A stretch of DNA of 63,116 nt, filler included, from Stramenopiles sp. TOSAG23-2 (lineage: Eukaryota): the NCBI GenBank assembly GCA_900128395.1. It is 8 parts of 8 records of this genome, joined end to end, with 100 filler letters (N's around TTAATTAATTAA, not from the genome) between each part and the next. Parts side by side here need not be neighbours in the genome. Positions count along the whole stretch, not along the records: positions 23,432 to 35,012 come from LT649916.1; positions 35,113 to 46,689 come from LT649917.1; 6 more parts are not named here. The stretch is one strand, 5' to 3'. The position numbers and the translations under genes were made by a program. Below, in pieces: positions 33,269 to 43,629 of the stretch. Below the pieces are notes generated by a model. The model worked only from the letters and a program-made list of their open reading frames with translations, searched no databases and had not been told where the DNA came from. Positions within the stretch are counted from its first letter, which is position 1, and each line of letters starts with the position of its first letter.

Positions 33269-35011
33269 TTAGTTAAATAGACACTCCTTGCTCCATTTTA
33301 AAAGGAGTGTAGCGACAGTATAGACGAATAGCATAGCGGTGGTTTCCTGAGTACACCTCGTGGTAATGCCGTAGTATGGAATATGTGGTACTGGGATAAA
33401 TGTTAAAATAAAATATAAGTTAAATATGAAATATGAAACACTCCTCTCAACAACCCCTATTGCCACCACGCCTCGAAGCCTTTGCCAACAACCGGCGACT
33501 AATGTATTCTTATCATGAAACTTCATGGACTTGTCTAGGTGTGGGCAGGTTGATTGCTCGTGTTTTTTTATTTGATTGATTTTGGATTCTAGTTTTGACT
33601 CTAGTTTGGAGTTTTGTACTTTTAGTTTATGCTTCACTTGAGCATTCAGTTTGGACTCTAATTTTGAATTTCGGATCTTCGCTTGGTTATCGATTTTGGA
33701 TTCTAGGATTGACACTCTAGACTTTAGTTTTGATAGCTTCGATTTAAATTTTGGCCTCTTTTTTTTCTTTCTCCTTACGTTCTTTCTCCTCTTTTTTCTC
33801 TTAACATTATCCGAGCGAATTCTAGCCGATCTGCGCTTAGACAATGCACTTTCCATAGTTTCTAGCAGCGAGTCATGATTTTCCACATTCGCATACGGTT
33901 TTTTCATTGTCAACTCGCTCAAATCGTTTCCTTTAAATAATTCTTTAAACCGCGTGTGGAACGAATGAAACATGTGATGGTACGAATGAAACAACTGACA
34001 CATTTGCATTTCCGTGTTTTGCGGAGAAGCAAATACACGTGGGCCGCACAAATTAATCTTTGAAAACATGGTCTCCAAATGCTTATCCAGTTTGGTTGTG
34101 CCGTGTGATGATATTGCAGCCTCCATGCCTTTTCGAACAAGACTTTCTTTACCTAACAAATCGTGAATTTCACCCCAAAGATGATCTTTTGTTGCATTTC
34201 CTCCTTGTGCCATTGCAAACGGGATCATATCAATTTGTTGGATTCCATCTCGAGCTTTACAATCACCGGGAATAGTTCCACAGCATATGTTCGGCCAGAA
34301 ATCTTTCGATGTTTTCTTCACATTGTGTTCTTTCAACGTTTCATCAAATGTTTTACGAAATACGCAATATGCATTGACAATGTGATCGCGATTGATATTC
34401 AAACAGTTGATATCGTCATCTTCATCGCTCATCGAAACTGCTGGAAAGACTATCATAGCATGTTGATTTTTCTTTGTATCTGCATGCTTCTGGCGTTCAC
34501 AGTCAGAGAGCTGGATATTCTTGTCATATTGTCGCGCATTGTACTGTGCGATGATGTCGTTTTGTGTCCATTCGCGTTGCAAATGGGCGCGTGCATTTTG
34601 AGACATGGCAGTTGCTTTGATCACTTTGCCTTGGGTATCTCGAACGTCGGTAATTTGCTTGATTTGCTCGGATGTAATATGTTTCAATTCATCCACCATT
34701 TTTTGCACATTTGGATCGAAACATTTTGTTCGTTTCGCATCTGTTTTAAATGGTCGTACACATGGTTGGCAGTTTGCTCTACTTCCAGCACCACCTGCGG
34801 AGTATGTATTGATTGGGCATTTGAGGCATGCTTTTCGTCTGCAGATGCATTTCTTACTATTACTACATTGTGTTGTTGATTTTGTGTCGTCATTCCACCA
34901 ATATGTATTACCACCACTAAAATAATAACATCCAGGTGGAACAATCGAATAACTCACTCGGCCTCCAAATCCTTTATTTTTATCAATATTATTCTCCCTA
35001 TTATATTCAGC
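33269..35011 (-). CDS. Tandem paralog of the 27108-32902 gene; 5'-truncated, with an apparent frameshifting loss of the C-terminal domain (possible pseudogene or misassembly)
   Basis: Shares the core QITDVRDTQGKVIKATAMSQNARAHLQREW...FKELFKGNDLS and CPHLDKS. At 33500/33499 it jumps to the last codons of paralog 1 (33442-33499 = 27103-27160) out of frame. Confidence 0.75.
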   Translation of the reverse strand, partial: AEYNRENNIDKNKGFGGRVSYSIVPPGCYYFSGGNTYWWNDDTKSTTQCSNSKKCICRRKACLKCPINTYSAGGAGSRANCQPCVRPFKTDAKRTKCFDPNVQKMVDELKHITSEQIKQITDVRDTQGKVIKATAMSQNARAHLQREWTQNDIIAQYNARQYDKNIQLSDCERQKHADTKKNQHAMIVFPAVSMSDEDDDINCLNINRDHIVNAYCVFRKTFDETLKEHNVKKTSKDFWPNICCGTIPGDCKARDGIQQIDMIPFAMAQGGNATKDHLWGEIHDLLGKESLVRKGMEAAISSHGTTKLDKHLETMFSKINLCGPRVFASPQNTEMQMCQLFHSYHHMFHSFHTRFKELFKGNDLSELTMKKPYANVENHDSLLETMESALSKRRSARIRSDNVKRKKRRKNVRRKKKKRPKFKSKLSKLKSRVSILESKIDNQAKIRNSKLESKLNAQVKHKLKVQNSKLESKLESKINQIKKHEQSTCPHLDKSMKFHDKNTLVAGCWQRLRGVVAIGVVERSVSYFIFNLYFILTFIPVPHIPYYGITTRCTQETTAMLFVYTVATLLLKWSKECLFN

Positions 35012-35012
35012 T

Positions 35013-35112
35013 NNNNNNNNNNNNNNNNNNNNNNNNNNNNNNNNNNNNNNNNNNNNTTAATTAATTAANNNNNNNNNNNNNNNNNNNNNNNNNNNNNNNN
35101 NNNNNNNNNNNN
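35013..35112. other. Artificial contig linker
   Basis: 44N-TTAATTAATTAA-44N. Confidence 0.97.
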
Positions 35113-35879
35113 ATCTTTTATCTGAGTGCCTGATTTTGCATTCTTTCAAATTTTATTATCTTTTTTTGTTCCTGAATACATTATACATTATATATACACA
35201 TCTTGGAGGCCGTTTTAGTTTTATGTCTAATCTCTAAACTCTAAAAAACAAAAAGAATTCTTTTTGCTCTAAGGCGTAGAGTACACGCGAAGTTTCGTTT
35301 GCAAAGACCCTTAAAGTTTGCGAAGTCTGTATGGTAATGCCATTATAATAAAACCTTATTTTCTCCAGTTTTTTAATCAATTTTTGCACATTATTTTAGT
35401 CTATAGTAAACAGTGTTATTTTATTTTTCAAACCGGTTTTAAAACCGGTTTGTAATTTTAGTCCTTTTTTCAGTGCTATTTACATAGTAGCCAATTTGAG
35501 ACCGTGTCTGTGTACGGAAGGCCTAAATTGGAGCAGCAGCACAGCACGCCCTATATAAAACGATTTAATTAATAACACTACCAAAACGTTCTTAACATAG
35601 AAATAGCAGGCAATGCATCATCAACTTAAATCGAACAGAATGGAACAGGCATGGGCTGGTATTATTTTACAATATTGATAAACACTTAAACCACATGTAT
35701 TAGTATCATCAATAATCACGTACATATATAAATATGTTGATACATAATAGAGTTTTATAAATATTATGAAACGATAGAAAAGTTCCGAATTACCTCTATT
35801 ATTGATAAGTATAGACCAAACTATATAAAATAGATAAATTTTCGTATTATACTTATTATTTTGATAATTTTTTTTCCTA

Positions 35880-38800
35880 ATGACTTCATCAAAAAATCAA
35901 AAAATGGAGAAAGATGCGAAAGTATTATTTGCTGTACAAATGGTATATAATCATCCTTGTAAACTTTTGACTTTTTCATTTCTAATAGCCATCACTTGTT
36001 CCGTATTGTCTTTAGGCTACATAGATTTAGCAAATCCGAGAGCAGGTTTGAGACTACGAGACCATATTACAGCAGAACGCAGTGATGCATGGTTATTAGC
36101 CATGTTTGAACTAAGGGATCAATATAAGGAAATTCCACGACGTCATTCAGAGAGGACGCAAGTTTTTTCTCCTCTAGAGCTTACGTATGCTGCCGACTGG
36201 TGGGAAGCTGATACATCAAATGATAATCCAAACCAAGTTAGTCTGGGCAACAAAAATGTTTTAACTGTTGAAAATATACAAAGAATTGCAAAGTTTGAGG
36301 ATAGTATTTTATTAGATGAAGAATACGAGAAATATTGTTTAATAGAGAAAGGGAAAAGCACGTGCGCACCAGTCAGAAGTGTTATTCCATATTTAAGAGA
36401 CGCAAAGACGCAAGGTATGTAATATTTACTTATTATTGCCATAAAGAACATTTGCTACCCAGTCTCTACACTATACATCTCTCGTCTCACCTTGCTTCAG
36501 CCCATAGTCAGAAAATTTTAAGCAAGCACTTGCTAACATATCAACTTTATATATATACGTATTTTTTTTCTTTCTATTGTACTGATAGCGGAGCTGGATA
36601 AAGCAATAGTAGATTTCAAAACCAAATATGCGAATAAAAACGAGAATCCATTTTCACAGGATGCAAGTTGGTTTTTTGAATACGAAGATACTAAAGAACT
36701 CCAATTAGAACTAAAGAATAAAACAACCAGCTATGCCATTAGAAGTCAAATTAGATTTGGTATGCCATATGCAACATATTTAAATGAAGATGATAGAAGA
36801 AATGAACAAATCAAGTTGCATTATAAACCATACCTAAGATCCTTAGAAAAGAAAGCATTGGATTTCCATACCGAGTTAAAGAAGGAATACGATGGGAAAA
36901 AATGGGATAGAACAAAAGAATCGAACTTGCAAGTATTTTATATTTTGTCAGAAACGTTTTGGGATGTAGTTATTGGCATTTTGTTTTCCGATTTCAGCTG
37001 TATTATCGGTAGTATCATCATGGTGCTAATTATATTGATAGCACATACACGTTCATTATTTCTAGGAGTAATGGGATTGATACAAGTATTATTCTCCTTT
37101 CCAGTATGCTTCTTCTTCTACCGTTTAGTGTTTGGAATTAAATTATTTGGCGTCTTACAAATAATTAGTATGTTTATCATTTTGGGCATAGGTGCTGATG
37201 ATGTATTTATAATAAGCGACGCGTTGCATCAAAGTAAAATTGTTGCAGAATGCCAAGGCAATAAATTAAAACGCTTAAATTTTGCTGTAACACGAGCAGT
37301 TGAAACTATGTTAACGACAAGCCTTACGGGTGCATTAGCATTTGGCAGCACAATGGTATCTGTTATTCCAGCAATTAGATATTTTGGTGTTTTTACAAGT
37401 ACCTTGGTGTTAGTTAATTTTGCTCTTTGCTGTACGTTTTATCTATCTAGTTTAACCATATGGTTGCATTATATGGAAGATAAATCATACAGAAAATTTT
37501 GGAAACTTGGTACTACCACAACTAGTAGTAATTCAAATACCGATGACAGTCGCCCTAACAGCGACAACGAAGTAGAAATGACCGTACAAAATCCTCAGTT
37601 ACGCAAAGGTATCACGGCAGGGGGGAACGATGCACTTGCACCCACGATTCTAACCGATGATGCTCAAAAATCACAAAAGAAACAAAGACGCGGTACTCGA
37701 CGAAAGAAACGAAGGGCATCTTTAGTATCTTCAGAAAATTTAAGAACAATATCTGATCGCCCGATTGAATTAGTATTTCACGATTATATCGCGCCATTTA
37801 TTGTAAGGTTTTGGAAAATCATTCTCGTGATATCAGGTATTCTTTTCATTAGCATGACTATTGCATCAAGCTTCATAAAAGTGGAGGAAGAACAGGTTTA
37901 TTTTCAAAAAAATCATAGAATAGAACGCAAATTTTCTATTGATCAAAGTACATTTTCAGCAAAAAAATCTGCCAGTTCACGGTTTCGCGTAGTTTGGGGG
38001 ATTAATGATGAAAATCCAATAGATAGGACAGGAACTGATGAAACTGATCAATGGGATTTAGGAACGATTAATTATTTCGCAAACTTTGATTTTAGCGACG
38101 AAAAATCACAATTGGCCATATTTAATCTTTGTAAGGATATGAATAAGAACGCATTGAAATTAGGCATTAAAAGGCGTGATTATAATGAAGAAATTGCTGA
38201 TATTGAATGCTTCATGTCTGGATTTAAGAATTGGAGAATCGGTAGAAATGTTAGCTTCCCAGCTCCTAAATCTGAGTTTGTGGAAGAGTTGAGCGAGTTC
38301 ATGAGGAGACCGGTGGGGAGTAAATATGGAGGACAAGTTGGTTTTCTTACAAAACAGAAGAAGGTATCTATAAAATTTGCATGGATTGAAGCAAGATCAC
38401 TATATAACCAAAACGATGATATCACGTTGAAGCAGAAGGTAATGAATGAATGGTATACGTTTTTAAAAAATCATAAATCTACCACTCTAGGATCACCATA
38501 CGTTACGGGTGGTGACTTTGATATTTTTGGCTTGTAAGTAAAATTCCATCGCGCCCATATATTCTTGTTCAACCCTATCTCTACTATGATGAAATATATA
38601 TTTCTGTTGTTCATCAAATATAACTAACATGTATGTATATTTCTATATCCAAACCTTTCAGCTTTATGTACACCGTATCCCAACTTTTATTTGTCAGTGG
38701 TGCTATATGGTCAATCGTTATCAGTAGCTCTTTTGCATTTTTAATGGTATTGTTGTTTACAAAGAATATTCGCGTGGCGTTGTTTTCTTTGATGACAATT

Positions 38801-40693
38801 GCTATGATCGTCGTCGGTGTAATTGGGTGTAATGTCCTGCTTGGAGGCACATTAGGTTCAGCTCGTTCGGTTTGCATTACTATCCTAGTTGGATTTTCAG
38901 TTGATTACACGGTTCATCTTGCAGTGGCATATGTGCACAGTAAAAAAAGTACGACACCAGAGCGTGTGATTGATGCATTATCAGCAATGGGTGTTTCAGT
39001 GACTGCTGCCGCAGTTTCGACATTTACATCATCATTGTTTTTATTTGCAGCTACACTCGCATTCTTTTTACAATTTGGAATTTTTATGGCTTTAGCCGTT
39101 GCATGGGCATATTTGTGTGGAACTTTTGTGTTTATGTCTCTTCTATGTGGATTTGGCCCATTGCCAGAAACTAATTACAGCGATTTAAAGCGTTGTTTTG
39201 GTAATACCAAGAAACAAATGGATACCGGAGATAAAGGCTTAAACAATGGCATGAATGTAGCCACTAGCAATGATATATCACTTGAAACCAATAAAACGCA
39301 AAAAGTAAGCAAAAAGATAGAAGTTCGTTTAACATCCTGCTTGTGCGTTGGATTGGTATTGGCATTATTTATAATGATTTCTGTATTTTACAGCATTGAA
39401 AGTGGAAAGAGAGTGGAAGATGAAGATATAGAATTAAAAACCGATGAAAGTTATTATATACCAGAATCTATCACATCTTTAAAAGTAAATGAATGGACAG
39501 AAATAAGACCAAAAGGCAACACTAAGTGTGCTCGTGGTACGCCTTTTGCCTTCTTTGTGAAGCGAGGGAAATCTTTAGATAAAGTTATTGTTGAATTCAT
39601 GGGCGGTGGAGCATGTTGGTCGAAAGAAACGTGTGGTTTACAAACAGCTATTTTCTCTGAAACAGCGGAATCAGCAAGGCAAATGTTTCGAGATTTACCA
39701 CCTTCTGTTGCCGTAGATGGCAAAGAAAATAAAACAGGTGAATCTGAATATCTATTTCCCTATCGTGGATTTGTAGAAAAAGGTTCAGTATTTGAAGATT
39801 ATACTCACATATTTGTTCCATATTGCACTGGTGACTTACATTGGGGAAACAATGCTATTCAATACACTAAGGATTTAAAAATCTACCATTACGGTGGTGT
39901 TAACGCAAATAGTGCGATGGAATTTTTATACAATCGTTTCCCAGCACCTCCAAAATCTATTTTTGTCACTGGTTGCTCAGCAGGGGCATATGGTAGCATG
40001 GTATGGGCTGCTAAAATTATGAAACATTATGAGGCAATTTCGTCCAATACAGCAGTCGTACAATTTGGTGATAGCGGTATGGGTGTTATTGCGGGAAATC
40101 TTGGGTTGACTTTGCTTTACAATGTTACAAAGTATTTCCCATTTGAAATATTACCGCATAATAATCTGAACAATACCAATAATTATACCTATGATATAAA
40201 TGCCGTTGCAACTGGTGATTTTGGATCTTTAACGATGCCGATGTTATATGAATTTGCAGCTTTACGATATCCTGATCAAAAGTTTAGCCAATTTAGTACA
40301 GCATATGATTGGAACCAAGCATTTTTCCTAAAAGCGATGATAAGTGGAGGCGCAGCAACATTACAAGACAAATATATTTGGAATAGTCAAATGCAAATGC
40401 TATATAGCCCAAACAGTACTTTATCAAACGTCAATAATTATTACGAATTTCTCGCTGAAGGGGATTATCATTGCGTCATTTGGACCAATCGATATTGGGA
40501 TACATATGGTTATGATAAGAAAACAAATAATCTACAAAACAAGATCTATCTAAATAAATGGATTGAAAATTTATTGTTAAGTACTACAAGTCCAAGCAAC
40601 TCTGTCGGTTGCATTAAAGAAGCTTGTAAAATCGAATTAGATGTATTAAGTATTGAAGAAAAAGAGTCGTTGCCAAGTAATTTCTTTGATTGA
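35880..40693 (+). CDS. Dispatched/Patched-family RND (sterol-sensing domain) transporter fused to a C-terminal Notum/pectin-acetylesterase-family hydrolase; exons 35880-36414, 36589-38533, 38662-40693 (~1503 aa)
   Basis: Two phase-compatible GT-AG introns join three ORFs into 4512 nt. RND motifs are GIGADD (TM4) and GFSVDY (TM10). After an extra TM come GGGACW, FVPYCTGDLHWG, VTGCSAGAYGS, AYDWNQ and GDYHC. Confidence 0.85.
36415..36588 (+). other. Spliceosomal intron (174 nt, phase 1)
   Basis: GTATGT donor, CTAAC at 36533-36537, TAG acceptor; restores frame into the 36762 ORF. Confidence 0.8.
38534..38661 (+). other. Spliceosomal intron (128 nt, phase 2)
   Basis: GTAAGT donor, CTAAC at 38624-38628, TTTCAG acceptor; TT+C keeps the frame. 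Confidence 0.85.
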
Positions 40694-41200
40694 GACTCTT
40701 TATATCAAAAAGAAAAAACACGTTTTAAAAAATATATGTATACGATAGAGAGGATTCTGTTACTTTATTCTGATGTCGGAAAGAGTCTGACGACGCAGAC
40801 TAATTCTGATGTGTATATGCTAATAAATACCTTATATATTGAAGATAAGTGGAAGCTTATACACTTCTAATTTATACCACAAGTATACTCTTTAGTGACA
40901 ATATTGTGCTATTTGCTATACCTGGTAATTAAAGATTTTTTTTACATAGATTAAGGGAAGAAGATTATTGTTCGAAGAACGCACGAACGGAGACGAATTC
41001 ACATTTGTAGTAAAATAATAATATATCTAAATACTAATAATTGAAATGGTAAATGTTAGTTACAATATCCCATCGTCTATACTGACACTGTTTTCCTATT
41101 ACCCTTCTCTGGACACCATACATCTTCCAGGTCCAAATCTACGTTTTCCCAGGAAGACCTACTAATATCCCGTCCACCATTCATTAATAATAAACAAAAA

Positions 41201-43579
41201 ATGGATGATAAAAGATATATCGCACCATCAACTATTGTCCAAAGTGATACAAATGAGAATGAATCATATTCGATACCACAAATTGCAACGTTAATTGAAC
41301 AACGACAAAAATTCCGTTCAACTCAAGAATGGGAAGAAGCCGATAATATACGAACACAGCTGGAAAATATGGGTTTTTCTGTCCAGGACTCGTGTAGTGG
41401 TGTCACCTCTTTAGGAAAACAGGAGACGAAAAAGTATGTAGATAGTAAAAAAGGGGATATCGGTGCTGATATTCGTCGTTTAACTAAGAAAAGAAATTTC
41501 TTACAATTGAAACATCTGTTGGAAACATCAGAGGAATATCGCAACAAAATAAACGACGGGAATATTAATGATAAGACTGCGTTGCATATAGCATGTCAAT
41601 GGTGTAGTACTGAAATGGTTGAATTATTAATTCAATATGGAGCGGATGTAAATAAGTTGGCAAGTAGAGGCCAATCGCCATTATGTTTTGCAATTTCCAA
41701 AAAGCGCTATTCTACTGTAAAATATTTACTTGAAAAATGTAAAGCAAGCTGTAAATTAAAAACTGTCTTGCTGGAAACTCCGGCAACTATGGCAAAACTT
41801 ACATGCCATGATCGTCAAGATATTGTTAATATGGTTATAGCAAGGGAAAAAGAAGAAGATGAACAAGGTGTTGAATGGATTGATTATACTAATAATGAAA
41901 AAGCAATTAAATTTCAAGTACAACATGCTATAAATTGTAAAAATTGCCAAGCAAAAATTTTAATTGCCAGAAGAAATTGTAAGGAAGATTGTATTAGTGA
42001 AAAATCATCGGAGACGACATTGCCATGGATTATCGACTATGAAAAATATCGATTAAAAGAGGAAGAAAAGATGAGACAATATGAAAGAAGAAAAGAAGAA
42101 AATAAGAAAACGGAAAATATCGAAGCACAAAAATTGTCATTGATAAGGAACAAATCATTGAATGATTGGCTTCATGATACTTTCACCAGCAATAATACTA
42201 ATAATGTTGATAGTAGTAGTAATAAAACATTTTTTGACGATAGTATAATCAGAAAAGCATTAGTCTATAGAATGAGTTTGACTGGTAAAGCTGTTGGACG
42301 AAATCAAAAAAAAGCATATCAAAATTTACAACATGAATTTGATACCGTTTTTCAGTCCAATAATTTGAACGACAAAAAGAGGAATAATATTTTATTATGT
42401 GAAATGTTGCAATCTTTGAATAATATCTCTTCCATTCAAGAAACAATAATCGCGGTAAATGAGTTAGATAATAAACTCAATGCTTGCACCTCAGTAAGAG
42501 CTGCAAGAAAATTACAGCGTAATATTTTGAAATTGATTATGAATTACTATTCCAATGATGATTTAAATTCAAAATCACAAGTCTTGAAATATTTAGAAGA
42601 AATTTACTTGCCTCGTTTTTCTCCTGAATATAAGAAGATAATAGAAAAATATATTCAAAAAGATAAAAATAAAAATAGTACTAGTAACAACAATAATAAT
42701 AAGTTGAAGCAATTGGGTAATTGTGAGGAGAAGACGAGCAGCAATAATACCCCTTACCTCACATGGTTACATTTATTCCCATCTTTGTCAAAAACATATA
42801 AAGAGATACCTTTACCAAAGCAATATACACGCAAATTTGAAGGAATACACCCGACGATCACTAATTTTTTAGATTTAAGACTTATTTATGATAATAATAA
42901 TGAGAATAAATTAGATGATATGGTGAATAATACTACTAATAATAATCATATTGCACCTAATAATGCAACAGCTGTTGCCATTAATAATGTATTTTGGATC
43001 AATACTCTTGAAAGAATGGAATGGATGGAGCATTATTTTAAAAAATTACATGATACAATACTGAATAATAATTTTATTCATGTTGGTGTTGATTCAGAAT
43101 TTAGTAATTCTCGTAAAGATGGTTGTGCTGTAATTCAAATTGCAGTTAATAATATTGTATTTTGCATCGATACTTTTAAGATTTCAGAAAAGCTCTATTT
43201 GAAAGAAATACAGTTTTTAAAATATTTATTTGAAACGAAAGTATTTTTAAAGATTGTATTTGCATTTCGAAATGATTGGAAAGAACTATATAAATTTTCG
43301 AAGGAAATGATAGCTAAAGATAATTGCAAATCATTTGTTGATATACAAGATGTAATGATGAATGTGAAATTATTCAATGATTTAATTGAAATTGATAATA
43401 AAAATCAACCTGGATTAAGTGACGTTGTTAAAATATTTTTGAAGTATCCATTGGATAAACGGGAGCAATGTAGTAATTGGGAAACACGGCCATTATCGCG
43501 TCTTCAAATGATATATGCAGCAATTGATGCAGTTGTATTGTTGGATGTTTTTCATGCAATGTATTTAATGTACGTATGA
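41201..43579 (+). CDS. DEDDy 3'-5' exonuclease (Mut-7/EXD3-like) with an N-terminal CysRS-anticodon-like helical domain and ankyrin repeats
   Basis: LIEQRQKFRSTQEWEEADNIRTQLENMGFSVQD; ankyrin TALHIACQW...LLIQYGADVN; exonuclease VGVDSEF, GLSDVV and LDKREQCSNWETRPLSRLQMIYAAIDA. Confidence 0.82.
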   Translation: MDDKRYIAPSTIVQSDTNENESYSIPQIATLIEQRQKFRSTQEWEEADNIRTQLENMGFSVQDSCSGVTSLGKQETKKYVDSKKGDIGADIRRLTKKRNFLQLKHLLETSEEYRNKINDGNINDKTALHIACQWCSTEMVELLIQYGADVNKLASRGQSPLCFAISKKRYSTVKYLLEKCKASCKLKTVLLETPATMAKLTCHDRQDIVNMVIAREKEEDEQGVEWIDYTNNEKAIKFQVQHAINCKNCQAKILIARRNCKEDCISEKSSETTLPWIIDYEKYRLKEEEKMRQYERRKEENKKTENIEAQKLSLIRNKSLNDWLHDTFTSNNTNNVDSSSNKTFFDDSIIRKALVYRMSLTGKAVGRNQKKAYQNLQHEFDTVFQSNNLNDKKRNNILLCEMLQSLNNISSIQETIIAVNELDNKLNACTSVRAARKLQRNILKLIMNYYSNDDLNSKSQVLKYLEEIYLPRFSPEYKKIIEKYIQKDKNKNSTSNNNNNKLKQLGNCEEKTSSNNTPYLTWLHLFPSLSKTYKEIPLPKQYTRKFEGIHPTITNFLDLRLIYDNNNENKLDDMVNNTTNNNHIAPNNATAVAINNVFWINTLERMEWMEHYFKKLHDTILNNNFIHVGVDSEFSNSRKDGCAVIQIAVNNIVFCIDTFKISEKLYLKEIQFLKYLFETKVFLKIVFAFRNDWKELYKFSKEMIAKDNCKSFVDIQDVMMNVKLFNDLIEIDNKNQPGLSDVVKIFLKYPLDKREQCSNWETRPLSRLQMIYAAIDAVVLLDVFHAMYLMYV

Positions 43580-43629
43580 TATACGTTCATAGCAAAAAAA
43601 ATAAAATATATGATACAAACTCTCGTATG

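Noticed and set aside
27108-35011. Viral or prophage origin for the collagen/RCC1 genes
   Set aside because: No capsid, packaging ATPase, polymerase or integrase genes are nearby, and the signal peptide and kexin-like sites fit host secretory proteins. An ancient transfer cannot be excluded.
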